DNA of 64,000 bases, taken from positions 19,840,001 to 19,904,000 of the forward strand of contig JBHGNT010000008.1 in assembly GCA_043228905.1 (NCBI GenBank), read 5' to 3'. This stretch comes from Azolla caroliniana (Eukaryota > Plantae > Polypodiophyta). Under the pieces are notes generated by a model, which saw nothing but the letters and a program-made list of their open reading frames with translations, made no database searches and was not told where the DNA came from. Below, piece after piece: positions 1 through 12,556 of this stretch. Every line of letters begins with the position of its first letter. Position 1 is the first letter of the stretch. Position numbers and translations under genes: made by a program.

Positions 1-229
1 CTTTCTGTCCTGATTCTCTGCTCGATTTCCTCCCATCAATCCCTATTATCCCTCTCTATTCGTGTGGGACATAAAGTACCCATTACCTACTCTACCTAGT
101 ACTTTAAATACTTTGTTCATATTTACATTTCTTTGTACATCGGTCTTTGTTTATGTGCATACTTGCACATCCTCGTTCATGCACATTCGGTGAGGTTTCA
201 GCTTCTGGCCAGAACTCCCCACAACAACG
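1..229. repeat. Tail of an LTR-like repeat (second copy at 1896-2449)
   Basis: gtgggacataaagtacccatt..ctactctacctagtactt (64-104) and ggcc.ga.tcc.ccac.acaac (~207-229) recur at ~2328-2369 and ~2428-2448. Confidence 0.45.
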
Positions 230-699
230 TTCTTTGCAACAACCGAGATTCAAACATAGAATGGAAGAAATGAACTGAGAATGGAAATGCACTTCCTCGG
301 AAATGAGATGACACTGGATGTTTACGTGGAAAACCCTAATCGGGAAAAACCAAGAGAGCCCATTGACTCTGAATTGTGCAGTATAGGAGAGGCAAAACAA
401 CAAGAGACTCTGAGGCAACAACCTCGAGCTCTTCTTCATCTATACGACGGTTACAATAATCTTTCTCTCTCTGTCTCTGTTTCTCTTTTACACTCTCTAC
501 ACAATTACTCTCTACACAATGACAACAACAACAATGAACTAACTAACACTATTTGCCCTAGTTATATTTATACTTATATAACTTTCGGGCTAATCACAAG
601 TATAGCCTCTATAGGCATGACTGAACATATTTACTAATATGTTAATTTTTTGGGTTCACACCAAGTCCAGCCGAATACCTTTCGGAAGTGTCCCATCTG

Positions 700-1460
700 G
701 AGGTGAAAAACGTGCACCTTGATAAGTGTGCAGACTGTTTGGTAGGCAAGTAAAACATAACCTCTTTCCGGTCGAGACCACCAATGAGAAGAAAGGCATC
801 GCTTGAAGTTATGCACACCAACGTATGCTCTGTGGACACGAAGTCACATGTCGGGTCGTAGTGCTTTCTGACCTTCATAGATGACTCAACTGGAAGATGT
901 GGGTCACCACACCGAAGATGAAAGACGAGGTATTGCCTGTTTTCAAGGAATTCCAAACGAGGGCAAAGAGAGAATCCGGCCGGACCCTCAAAGCGGTACA
1001 AGCGGATAACGGAGGCGAATATTGAGGGCAATTCGAGGAGTACTACCTGTCGAAGGGAATCTGGCTCGAATATTCTGTGCTGAAGACGCTAGAGTTTAAC
1101 AGGTTGGCCAAGAGGATGAACCAGACAACCATGGAGCGAGTCTAAAGCATGCTTGCACATGGAAAAATGCCCAAGACATTCTAGGTTGAGGCATTGATGA
1201 TTGTGATGTATGTGATAAACAGAACACTGTCAACAGCCTTGGAGGGGGATATTCCACAAAGGGTGTGGACCAGCAATGGCGTGTCTTACCAGCACCTAAC
1301 GGTGTTCGGTTGCCTTGCGCATTTGCATGTTGTAAAGGAAAAAAGGGAAAATTTGGACACAAAGACTCGGCCATGCATATTCCTTCGATATGGCGACAAT
1401 GAGTTTGGCTATCGACTACGGAACCTAGCCGAGAAGAAAGTGATCCAGAGTAGGGACATA
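700..1460 (+). pseudogene. Copia integrase fragment (inverted relative to adjacent gag)
   Basis: Reads CADCLVGK..SFRSRPPMRR..FIDD..ADNGGEY..FGCLAHLHV..KTRPCIFL.YGDNEFGYRL with stops and frameshifts; homologous to 27720-28661. Confidence 0.8.
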
Positions 1461-1479
1461 GGCCTCATGGTGTCAACAG

Positions 1480-2690
1480 TTCTTTTGAAAGTGCCCCATC
1501 TTCCCACCATAGAAGCAAGTGCACCTTTCCCTCGACTTCAACCTCATCTCCGACTTATCCCGGTTCTGGGGGCTTCTATTTTCGGCCTCTTTCTCAATTC
1601 ATTTCACTTTCCATGACTAAGGACTTTGGGTCGGAAATTGCTTCTCAGTCCTTCCGGCGACCTTCTTCATTTAGTAGGCTCGACTTCACCTTCACTAGGG
1701 ATAAGTGCTTCCCTTCCGGTTCGGCGTTGCCTTACGTGACAACGAGCGCCTCCCAGTTGTCCAGAAGGGATCGTAGCATTAGTAATGCTAGTACCTCGTC
1801 GGCTAAAGGTACTTCCAATTATGTGTTCTTATTTACTAGTCCCTAGAAGGCGTTCAGGTGCGGGACGTGTATACGATCTGAACTAGTCTCCAGGTGTTGA
1901 ACGATAAGCACACGGGCTCGACACGCGTTATTGGTTCCGAAGCTGCACTAGATAGCGAACAATGAGCTCACAAGCTCACAAACGTAAGCGAGAAGGAGTG
2001 GTGATAAGGACATAGTAGAAACAGAGAAGACAAGGAGTCAAAAACAACAAGATAATCTATTAATCTTTATTGAGAGAATTACAACCGAACTCGGTTGGCA
2101 ACAAAGCTTTAAGCTCTGTACACACACACACACATACACACGGGCTACAAGCGTGAAATAGAGGCATCACCGCACAATGATAGAGAAACTGAAATCATGG
2201 ATACCTCAACAACTCAAAACCTCCGATTCTATAGCACAAAGGGAGACCGTTACATCGCGGATAATGAAAACCCTTTCTATCAACGGTTCTTCCTCGATTC
2301 TCTCTCTCCTCATATCCTATTATTCATGTGGGACATAAAGTACCCATTAACTACTCTACCTAGTACTTATGCTATTTACAATTGTTTACACCCCCTTCAC
2401 ACGCTTCCGGCTCATTTTCTTCCTATGGCCGGAGTCCTCCACGACAACGTCAGCCTTGTTCTCTTCGTTGAAGTTGTTGTACAAGCTCATATTGATGAAG
2501 CATCTTATGCATGCCGTTGTCTTCCTGTGCAATACCTCTTAGTGAGATATAGATTCAATCTTGTATGGTCTTCCGTCTCCAAATTGTACTGGCAGTCAAA
2601 GATCTTTGACCACCAACATGTCCCTCATCCTTGACCTCCACACTGAATAGTTGGAGACAGCGAGCTTGAACATGCCTTCGAATGAATCTT
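1480..2690 (-). pseudogene. Copia gag fragment, interrupted by the LTR at 1896-2449
   Basis: Nucleotide similarity to 29150-29935 (e.g. gaagttgttgtacaagctcat, ttcccttccggttcggcgttg). Confidence 0.7.
1896..2449. mobile_element. LTR-like insertion in gag
   Basis: Begins TGTTG at the point where gag homology stops; gag resumes at ~2450; 3' part shared with 1-229; no clean TSD. Confidence 0.5.
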
Positions 2691-2977
2691 CCTTTTTATT
2701 TGTTTTTGTTTGAAGTTTAGAACTTCACTCTAATACCAATTTGAAAGGAGACATTCTCGGCCACAACCAAGATTCAAACACAAATGGAAGAATCGTACTG
2801 AGAATGGAAATGTACTTCCACGGAATGAGATGACACTAGATGTTTACGTGGAAAACCCTAATCAGAAAAACCACGAGACCCCACGGACTCCGAATTGTGC
2901 ACTATAGGAGAGGCAATACAACAAGAGACTCTGAGGCAACGACCTCGAGCTCTTCTTCGTCTATAGGACGGTTACAA

Positions 2978-2982
<5 letters not shown>

Positions 2983-3033
<51 letters not shown>
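2983..3033. repeat. (CT)n microsatellite inside LTR
   Basis: About 25 perfect CT units. Confidence 0.95.
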
Positions 3034-3037
<4 letters not shown>

Positions 3038-3249
3038 ACACTCTCTAAACAGTTACTCTCTATACAATGACAACAACAACAACAATGAACTAGCTAGCAC
3101 TATTTGCCCTAGTTATATTTATACTTCTATAACTTTCGGGCTAATTACAAGTATAGCCTCAATAGGCACGTCTGAACATATTTACTAATATGTTCATATT
3201 TTTAGTTCACACCAAGTCCGACCGGATACCTTCCAGATTCAATCTAGAA

Positions 3250-4419
3250 GATTCTTGACGATCCTTGTTTGGCATTGAATCACCTATTTACAATAAAGAC
3301 CTTTCAAAGTACATATAATTAAAATGAGAGGAAATTATATTAGTTCACAATAAGATCCTCAAATCCATGACATGAAGTGCTAAAATAGGCTATTGATGAA
3401 AAAGATGACAATCGATCAAGATAGAATTAGAGTTTTGGGAGTAGAAAGCCTATAATCAATGGACACATCACCTTTTATCCTTTTTGGTCTTTTACTTGCC
3501 CTCCTGATTCACTATCCCCACGAAGCTTGGGTATACTGATCCCATATTCTATGAAAAAGAACCTTCTTGCTCATTTTATAGCATTTTGGATAAAAATGCT
3601 ATAAAAATAACAATGCATCTTTTAACGTGCACCATGGTAGTTCTTGTACTTGCCAACTTGCTTCGCTATCCCACAACAAATCCTTCACTAATACAACCTA
3701 GGTGTATCAATTCCCTAAATTTTGTGACCCTAAAAGTGAGCTCTCTCACTAATTTCATAGCATTTTTGAGCTCCTTTGTTGAATAGAAATAGTGGTGCAT
3801 CATTTTTTGTTAAAGATATCCATTCATTAGTATAAATCAATTTACATTAATGCGATTCTCAATATTATGCAGAGGGAACAACCATCTTGGTGGCAAAAAA
3901 TGCCAAAAAAAGGTTACCATCTTTCAAGGAGAAAAGCTGAGTATCTTTCCACACATTAAGGAACTACAATTGAGCAACTTTAGCTTGTGAATCTCCAATA
4001 AGACAATCTCATTGTCTCTTTAAAGTATGGATCATGCCCAACCAAATAATGATTACCATTTCAATTGGTGACACTCTAACTTGATAGAAAATGAAAGAGA
4101 AATGAACCTTTCAGATGTAGCATATGGTGGTACTACTCAGTAACTCCCATAATGTTTGCGTCTCCTTCCTTCTTTCTAAAAATTAAGAAAATACACGAGC
4201 TATTCCAGAATTAGTGTTAAAAGCATGTTCCATAGACTCAATGTCATAATGAAAAATAGAGAAATAAGTGATGTCCAAACCACTATACCCCATGTGAATA
4301 ACAACGGGGGAAAGTAATTGGCAAATATTCATAGTAAACATTTCCATATCAATTATAACACAAGGTGGTCCCATAGGCAATGTTTCTATGATTTGGGTTG
4401 TAAATGACAACAAGCACAA
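3250..4419 (-). pseudogene. Highly decayed non-LTR (LINE) reverse-transcriptase region
   Basis: Only weak residual motifs on the minus strand (LGIDT/H-like, ..WG, FNTNSGI); many stops. Confidence 0.3.
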
Positions 4420-4718
4420 TTAGATGATACACCCATCTTGTGAATTTATGTACCAAGAGGCAAGGCTTGCAACACAAGTAGTTATTCCACGTTGTTGCGA
4501 AAACGCATGTGCATGCACTACTCGAGTGAGACCATAGAGCTCTTGGACTAGGGAAGTCACAAGAGATGCGAAGACGTAGAGGATAGGTTCTAGACTCGAA
4601 GGATCCTTAGAATCATAGAGCCTAGAGTTGAATGAAATCCAAACTTGACAAAAGCTTAAAATCGAATGGAGCCTAGACTTGAAGGGAGCTGAAAGCTGAA
4701 GGGAGGGATACGAGACAC

Positions 4719-5320
4719 TTGCTTCATGATGCATCACTAGATTTCTTTGTAAATGAGGCCTTTTTGCCACTCCAATGTATCATGACATGGAACAAATGTG
4801 GAGGCTCACACTTTAAACATTATACTACACATGTTGCGCCTAACTACAAAACCATATTCTTTGCGGAACGGGGAAACCGTACACATCGATACATGTTAGA
4901 GACCATACCATTATATGCCATTCGAACCATTGCTTCAATGCGACTTAGCTCACATGCATTGCGATGTGAGACAGGGCATTGGAGCACAACTAATGAGAGT
5001 GGTCGGCTATACACAGTTTGCCCTAAACAAGTTCGTGAGTTTGAGTATCACACTTTGATACAATGCTCTGCGTTTGATCCTATTCCACTATGCTTTCCAC
5101 ATCTCTTCAACCGAGCCCAATCCTTGCATGAACTCCTCTCACAACCACAATGTGCACTCTCGATTGCAACATTCATTGGTAAGGTTTTTGAACATTGAGA
5201 GTCACTACTGACTTTCACATGTATCACGTGAAATGTAATATTTTTAGTCTCATAGGTCATATTTGACCTCCGAAGACAATAATATAATATATCTATCTCT
5301 CTTTCTCTCTCTCTCTTGGA
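4719..5320 (+). mobile_element. 3' end of an RTE-X/L2-type LINE (C-terminal Cys/His domain plus microsatellite tail)
   Basis: ORF 4719-5198 has RLSSHALRCETGHW..R..VC....EFEYHTLIQC, the typical C-terminal motif, followed by a TA/TC-rich tail at ~5282-5315. Confidence 0.6.
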
Positions 5321-5738
5321 GGCAAGTGACGATTTGAGCATAAGTCTAGAGTGGAACAAGTGATTAACGTAATGATCTCAGTATGGGCAAACAATTAATG
5401 TAATAATGAAAATATTAGGAGCCAACAATGAAATTACAACCAAAGACCCTTAATTAGGAACATCAAAAACTTGATTAATTAAGAGAACTCTTTATAACTT
5501 AAGGCGTACACTAGTGAGGGTAGACAATTACACAGGTAGTGGTAATGGTAACCACTAATTAAACAATAGAGAAAGAAGGAAAGGTAGGTAGGAGGGGAGG
5601 GATGAGTGGGCCACCAAGACCGTGGCTACCACTGATGGCTTCAACGCCATGAGTCGGGGTAGAGTTCTCGGGCCAATCAATTCCCTCTTCAAGTACCTAT
5701 CTTACAAGCTCGTAATCCACTCATTTAGCCTCTCCTAG

Positions 5739-6495
5739 TGTTGAACGTAGGAGATGACGAAGATGAGGAAGAGGATCCACCAATACAGAAGAGCTCCTCC
5801 AAGAATAAAACGCCCAAAACCTTCTTAGGCAAAAAATGTGCCCATTGATAGGAATATGGATTTGAAGCGGGATGATTTGGACTACCAACACAATTAACAA
5901 TAGATGAAACCACAAGACAGGAAATGAGAGTACACTGAAATTTAACGTGGAAAACCCAAAGTAGGGAAAAATGACGGAACTCCTTAGGGTTCGAAACAAA
6001 TTCACTATTTTTCTTAGTATAACAGAATACAACCTCTCGAGTTTTGACTTGCGGGATGTATATGCGAAGATAACAACCTTGCTTACAATTCTTCACCTGA
6101 CTGGGTGGATAGAAAAACAAGAAAAATAGGAAACAAGAAAAACATAAAACGAAGGAACCTGATGCAAGTAGACAGGAGAGGTGTTGTACAATCGTGTTTC
6201 TTCGATAGCACGAACAACCCCTCATAGATCTCTATCTCCACTTCGGTAGAACGATCTTCCTCTTGCTCTCACTCTTTCGTTTTCTGTTTTCTTCTCTATT
6301 TTCTGTTTTTTCTCTTTGTTTTCTATTTTCTGTCTTCTCTTTTTGACTCAGAAATTAGGTCACGCATTCTCTCCTTCTTCTTTTTTTTGTTTACACAGAC
6401 AAAAACATACAAAAACACGTTCGCATTCACATGGAAGGATCGCGCATTCCACTTGTGGATTCCTTTTGTAAATATCCAAATATACCCTCTCTACA
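5739..6495 (-). mobile_element. Probable copia-type LTR fragment or solo LTR
   Basis: Starts TGTTG; carries the aacgtggaaaaccc..gggaaaaa motif shared with the copia LTRs at ~325, ~2846 and ~25273; right end uncertain, no TSD found. Confidence 0.4.
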
Positions 6496-7316
6496 AAAAT
6501 TGGATGCACTAGTATCACATGTTCCACAACTTGATTAGAATTTGCGAAATTAATAAAACATGATAGGTCTCCAGGTGGAGGACATGTGAAAATTAGTTAA
6601 GTTTGGAATTGTTGATATGTTAATTTGATTATAATAAAGTTCAACAATGGCTCAATATCACACTTTTGTGTGAAATGGCAAACGCTCACATGAAGACTTA
6701 TATTTGTTTGGTAAGTTAGCCAAAAAATATGAGGTGTAATTGTATCCATGTTAATAAAATGAGTTATAATTTATTGTTTGACCATTACTCGTATGTATAT
6801 AATTGTTCGCAATGCGATTGTAGTGAACCTTAGGATGATGTGATTGAAATAACAAACTTTTTAAGGCTTTCAATACTTGTGTTTAAAGTTGATGCAATCT
6901 AATCCATAGGTGATTCTTATGGGATCGAACTCTGAAGGATAACGCTAGTTAAACACAAACGTATGAAACATGTGGATATTGATTAGAGGTGTATTCCAAG
7001 GTTGTGCAACTAATGGGACAGTGTGGCATCGACCATTATCAACACACTACCCAATGTAAGCAGCAATGGAAGACAAACAAACATAATAGTTTGATAATTA
7101 TGAATACACTACACATTCTAAGCAGCAATAGAAGACAAAGAACCATAATATATGGACAATTACATATTAGACACAGTTTGACAATCTCGACAACCAATCT
7201 CAATTAACGACATGGACAATCTTGACAACCATTCAATGGGGATAATATGTTTAGGTAAAGTTTGGCCTGGAAGATTGTCACTATCAATGAGTCATGTATC
7301 TTGATTCTAGAAATCA

Positions 7317-7456
7317 GCCTTAAGGTTAACTAATTCATGTTTCTCCATATTAGAGACAACAATAGATGCCGAACATTAGGCTTAAGGTTAAGTAAATTAT
7401 GTTTCTCCACATTACAATCAATGGCATATGCGCAAATTCTGGCTTAAGGTTAACTA
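7317..7456. repeat. ~62-bp tandem repeat (x2.3) with CTTAAG-GTTAA core
   Basis: g(c/g)cttaaggttaa.taa..tgtttctcca at ~7317, ~7379, ~7441. Confidence 0.7.
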
Positions 7457-7657
7457 AAGTTCCCTTACAGAATAATTGAATAACATTCATATACTAGTTT
7501 TAATTTTCCGAAGTCATAAGTCAAGAAACCAAGTATATAGGAATATAATTGAAACATATAGAAGAATGTAAACAATGGAGTACACCAATGGAAGAACCCA
7601 AACTTTGTACTCGAGCTTGGAATTCATAAGTTCACACTTCATCAACAAAACATTCTA

Positions 7658-8890
7658 TTACATAGCAATTAAACCATCAACGTCATTATCCTCTTTGTCC
7701 CTTAGAGAAGTCTCAGTAGCTATATGTGCATTGTCTTCCCCTGTTAGCCGAGCAACCGTAAGATCTTCTATAAGCTTGTCATCAAGCTCAATTAGCTCCC
7801 CCAGTTCCCCAGCTAATGAAGGAATAGGCTCTTGGGAAGCTGGTTGAAACCTTTCTGTATCAGCGATGTGCTTAACGTCGATCTCCTCGTCCTGGTCTGG
7901 GCATTCCCATAAGGCCTTAATCCTCATATTTATAAATATAACTTGCTCCTTGTCCTTCTCCAATGCTATAGTATTTCTGAGGAGGTTCAATGTGCATGCA
8001 AACATTGTCCCTGTAAAGAAAGGGGCAAGAAGACTTAGCTATCGAACCATAAGAATCAGTTTTCTCGAAATGAATAATGTAAACCCAATTCGAAGAATAC
8101 TTGTGCCAAAAAATAGGTCTAATATCCAATCTCCTTCTATCGAGAACATTTCGATCAAGCACATCATAAGTGGTTGAGGTTTTTGGTATGGGTTCACAAG
8201 TCCTTGTTCTGTCATGGTGACATGTCGCAATTTCCGTGTGACTGCTGGATATACCAGTAGGTTTGAACCTCCAACTTCATTAGAATGCTCCTTGATTCTT
8301 TGTTTCGTTATTTCGTCGAAGTAGCTAATCATAATGTACTCAACTGCATTTACGAACCGAAAGGTTGGTCCTCTATTGATGTTGGTTTTTATCCTATAAC
8401 AAATATTGGGTGTGTTAAGAATAGATTCAATAAATTAGGAAAGAAAGTATGGCATGTGAGACTTATAAATAATCCTTACAAAGGAAGGTTCTCGATGCCA
8501 TGGCAATGAGATCTGAATGCTTGAGCTACCGAGTACCCTTGGTCCATACTATGAAACACAACTATCCTCCACAAGGCTATAATCGTCAGCTCAACAAAAT
8601 CCTTAACCATTTTTTCTAATTGTTTGAACCTGAAAGGTTCATCATCTTATGATGATCCATCCATTTGAAATCCATAAGGAATATTTGCAATGAATAGTGT
8701 ATAGTCATTCTTTGGCGCTTTCTGGATCATCTCTACGACATCGCCACATATCACATTATAGTAGAGATCTTTTGTAATGTCTTTCTTGTGGCTAAATTTT
8801 TTGAAGGAGCCATTCTCTTCAATTTCATACGCCTTGATTAAACGACGATCTTGGGGGGAACATGTGAGGAGATGTTCTTTCCATTTTGGG
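7658..8890 (-). pseudogene. Beta-class N6-adenine/N4-cytosine DNA methyltransferase (N6_N4_Mtase-like), 3 exons, disabled
   Basis: Spliced translation (GT-AG introns 8479-8394 and 8100-8011): VICGDVVEMIQKAPKNDYTLFIANIPYG ... ENLPLIKTN..RFVNAVEYI ... NPYQKPQPLMMCLIEMFSIEGDWILDLFFGT(R)TMFACTLNLLRNTIALEKDKEQVIFINMRI. Catalytic motif IV lies before the SAM-binding FxGxG motif (beta order). In-frame TAA at ~8647. Confidence 0.8.
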
Positions 8891-9169
8891 GGCTATTTTC
8901 CCCTCACGTGATTTGAACGTGTGTTGGCACATTCCCTCAAACCAACTCCTCTCCCTCTATCCCTCTAAGTTTCTTTGAGCTCTTCATCTCAGACATCCAT
9001 GTCAGGTTTCGGGTTGTCCTCCCATCTTAGAGTTTTGTTACGCATGTATATCGTTAGAGTGCGTAAACCCTATCTCAGATATTCGGGTGCTTCAACACTA
9101 ACATGTTTTAGGGTTTGAGTTGAGGATTAGAGCGATTAGTGACTTCATCGAGAACGATTTTAGGCTTCT

Positions 9170-9366
9170 TCCACTGATTGCAGTTTTAATCTTGTGGTGA
9201 TTTGAGGCTTATTACACCGAGTCGAGGATCCTTCCACCGAATCGAGGCAGAATATCACACTGATTTGAGGCTCCCTCCACCGATTTGAGGTTCCTTCCAC
9301 TGATTTGAGGCATATTATCGCTGAAATATGAGGCATCCTCCATCAATTTCCACTAATTGGAGGCAC
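9170..9366. repeat. Degenerate ~20-bp tandem repeat (ttccac(c/t)gatttgagg)
   Basis: About 8 imperfect copies upstream of the Sola2-like exon. Confidence 0.65.
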
Positions 9367-9841
9367 AATACTGCATTCATCTTCGTCACTTCTTCGACTC
9401 ATTTGAAATTATTCCAATACTTGTTTGATACTTCACCGATAATTGATTTATTTTGTAAGCACCCCTATTCTTAATTTTGACATTTTCTAAATTCTATAGT
9501 CTCATATTCAAAAATCTTTTTTTTCATTTTCAGTACTAAATTTTATCATTTTCAGAAATTTGTGAATAAATAAATGATTATTTGTCATTTTTGAAACATG
9601 TTTCTAATGTCTGAAACAAATGATTTCTCACTTTGCAGACCACATGTATAAACATTTGATTATGATTTCTTAGTGTAGTCTATATAACATTAACTACTCT
9701 CGCAAGACACTTAATTTTTTTGGATAAATCTAGTGACCATGATAGCCCCAACGAGAGTGAGTTGTCAAGTAACTCATGTATATCTAAAAGGACCAAGAGA
9801 AGAGATTTAGTGAGGAGGATCGTAGGGATATTATATGTAGA

Positions 9842-10300
9842 GTGTTACACCATCAACGTTTCAATGAAGACATGGGGAGAATAAAATTTAGGGACCAATG
9901 TGTTTCAAAAGAGATTGATTGTAGAGTCTATGAAGTCAGCCCTAGACTTAGTGAAAGGTGTAGAGAGCATAAACAAACTTGTTTCAAAGGGGGTAGTCCT
10001 ACACATGGTTGTGAACGGTGTGAGAGAAAAAAATATAGTGATACTAAAGTTGCCTTAGCCCTGGGTATTCAAAGGAGGAACTTCAGGAAACATCACCGAA
10101 ATATACACTCAAGCCAATTCAAGTGGGTGGGGTTAGGACGTAGACGGCGATGTGATGCCTTGTCTCGAGAGATTATTGAGAAAGTGGATTGGTTTTGGGC
10201 AAGAAATACGCATGTCTCACCAAAAAAGGACGTGTGTAGACAACAAATAAGTCGGGGTAAGTACCAGATTAACCCTAGACACTTCTTGGAGGTGACTGAG
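9842..10300 (+). pseudogene. N-terminal exon of a Sola2-like DNA transposase (copy 1, truncated)
   Basis: FWARNTHVSPKKDVCRQQISRGKYQINPRHFLEVTE|gtatt aligns with YWTNESTV*PNKNDLYRKRVGRSQYEENPIHLLDVPQ|gtatt at 18900-19013; same phase-0 donor. Confidence 0.5.
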
Positions 10301-11324
10301 GTATTCCATTTTCTTATATCAATTCACATTCCATAATTTTTTGTTTTGACAAAGTGTGTATTAGGGTGAAAGCATGCGAGTGGAAACAATTAGCTATGCA
10401 AAAAGCTACCATTGATAAATAGTCATTTTTGCAAAAAGCTACCATTGAAAATAGTAGAGAGTTTTAATTATATAAATGAGCACCATAAATGTGCAACATA
10501 AACGTGCAACATAAATTGATATGTGCACCATAAATTATATACCGAATTCCTAGATCCATTAGGCATGATCCTTTGCCACATCACGTGGGTCATCTCTGGT
10601 TGAGTATTCTGGCTTAGATTACTACGACTATTGCTAAACCCTATTGAGTCCACTCCTCCATTGCCGCCATTCTACACTCAGTTACCGGCACTGTGTGGTC
10701 CAAGTATCATCTGCCACTATTCAATCCGACAGAGTGCACTCCTCCATTGCTGCCATTCTACAATCAGTTGTCGCCACTGTTCAGTCCAAGCATTATCTAC
10801 CAAGTTCACTCCTCCATTGCCTCCACTCTACACTCAGTTGCCGCTACTATCAAGGTCTTATATTGCTGCCATGTTGTCCGCCGGAATAGTAACCGACGGA
10901 CAAGAGCGCAGGAATACGGAATAGTATAATATTGTAACACATGTAACGGTTCACGCAAGAAGCGTGAACGGCTAAAAGACCCTGCGTATATAAAGGGTAG
11001 AAAACCTCTGATAGAGGTAGCGTGTAATTTTGAATGTAGGAAGCGTATTGTAATAGAGTTCTATCTTCTTTGATATCTGTGTGTAGCTACGGCTAATCTA
11101 CTGTGTGTCTGTAACACTTGAGAGCGTAGGAGTAAGTAACGGTGTGTGCGCCAGCCCACTGTCAAAGGAGCTCGATTGTAGCCGTCTCCCTTATACGGTG
11201 CTAGGTTACGAGGAATATCCCACTAAGTATTACGCGTGGTCCGCTACCATTCGTTGCACACAGTCACTTGGAAGTCTAGGTCGAAGGACTGACCATAGAC
11301 CATGTTCCTAGTCGGTAACACTTT

Positions 11325-11338
11325 TGGCACGCTTGGTG
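11325..11338 (+). other. Primer-binding site, tRNA-Arg(UCU)-type
   Basis: tggcacgcttggtg, 4 nt after the 5' LTR; resembles tggcacgccc.gtggg with C-to-T decay. Confidence 0.7.
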
Positions 11339-11376
11339 CTCTGTGTCTTTTCACAGACAAACAACGACAAATGCAT

Positions 11377-12556
11377 GTTTAGCCGTAGACGTCCCAGAGA
11401 ACCAACACAACCAGACCGGCCAATCACAAGGGCCATCACATGCCAGGCAGAGGAACGTGCATGGCAGAAGCCTCGCCTCAGCGACCTCAGCAATACCTGT
11501 CGGGACTACAAAAGTGATTTTCCACTCTCCAAATACCTCGACGATACGCAGGAAGCATGCTCACCACAACCGCACTGTGGTCTTTCCCTGACCGCCGTAG
11601 CCCCCAGCATGGCCTTTGCCTATCCCCTCTTTAACGGCGAAATCGACGCCGCAACCCACATTCGCCTGTTCCTCAATGTTTGGAATGCAAACCACATGGC
11701 GCAGAGCCTTTCTGAGACGGTAGCGCACCAATTCCAAATGACGGAGTTCGGGTTAACATTGGATGGGCGAGTGGCGTTTTGGCATTCATAAACGGATCTG
11801 CCCGCAATCACGACCTTCGACCAACTGCAATCTGCCTTTTTGCGGTTCTTCCATCGGAGGGTTCCACAATGCGAACGAACACATCATTACGCCATAGTCC
11901 ACAAGAAAAGTACGCCATATTATCCACAGGCGAATGGGTTGGCGGAATCCACCAACAAGACGTTGTAGACCATATTAAAGAAAATCGTCAATGAAAATAG
12001 AATGGACTAGGATACCAAATTACATAGTGTGTTATGGGCGTACAGAACCAGCTACAAAACAAGCATACAGTCAACACCATTTCGACTAGTGTTTGGGCTG
12101 GAGGCTGTTATGCCAGTAGAGTTTCAAATACCCAATTTACGGATTCAGGTACGGGACCGACTATCGAAAGCCAAATCGGAGGAAGTACGGCTCCACCAGC
12201 TACTTGAAGTCGGGGAAACACACGTACATAGCATGGATGTGTTGGAGCAGGAACAACGATGGTGTAAAGCGTTTGTGGATCGACATCGGAACACACGGGA
12301 AAAGGATTTCGCGGTCGGTAGAGCAGTACTGGTTTTCCAAACCCGCATGGGCCATATGCTAGGGAAGCTATGATTCTGCTGGACAGGCCCATACTGGGTA
12401 ATAGGAGCGGAACAAGGCACGTTGCAACTGGGCACGCTGGCTGGGGAAGTCTTACGACAAAAGGTGAATGGGTTTCGCCTTAAACCGTATCTGGGCCCTA
12501 CGCCACCTAACCCATTCATCGCCGGACAAGACACAATCGGAGAACTGGCGGCATAA
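11377..12556 (+). pseudogene. Gag N-terminal half fused to integrase C-terminal half (PR-RT-RH deleted)
   Basis: AYPLFNGEIDAATHIRLFLNVWNANH..EFGLTLDG..FLRFFHRR then HYAIVHKKSTPYYPQANG..LWAYRTSYKT..WTGPY; colinear with 45209-45475 and 49580-50220. Confidence 0.85.

Larger units (their letters stand above)
238..3240 (-). mobile_element. Decayed, rearranged Tnt1-like Ty1/copia remnant
   Basis: Two similar LTR copies (~238-690 and 2742-~3240). A decayed Met-i PBS (ctctaatacca, ~2728-2738) abuts the LTR at 2742. Gag on the minus strand matches the gag at 29300-29935. Confidence 0.75.

Noticed and set aside
6650-7170. Possible coding remnant
   Set aside because: No open frame or motif that I could assign.
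10457-10540. Terminal inverted repeat of the Sola2-like element
   Set aside because: It has 14-bp repeats and looks like a boundary, but no inverted partner or TSD was found in the window.
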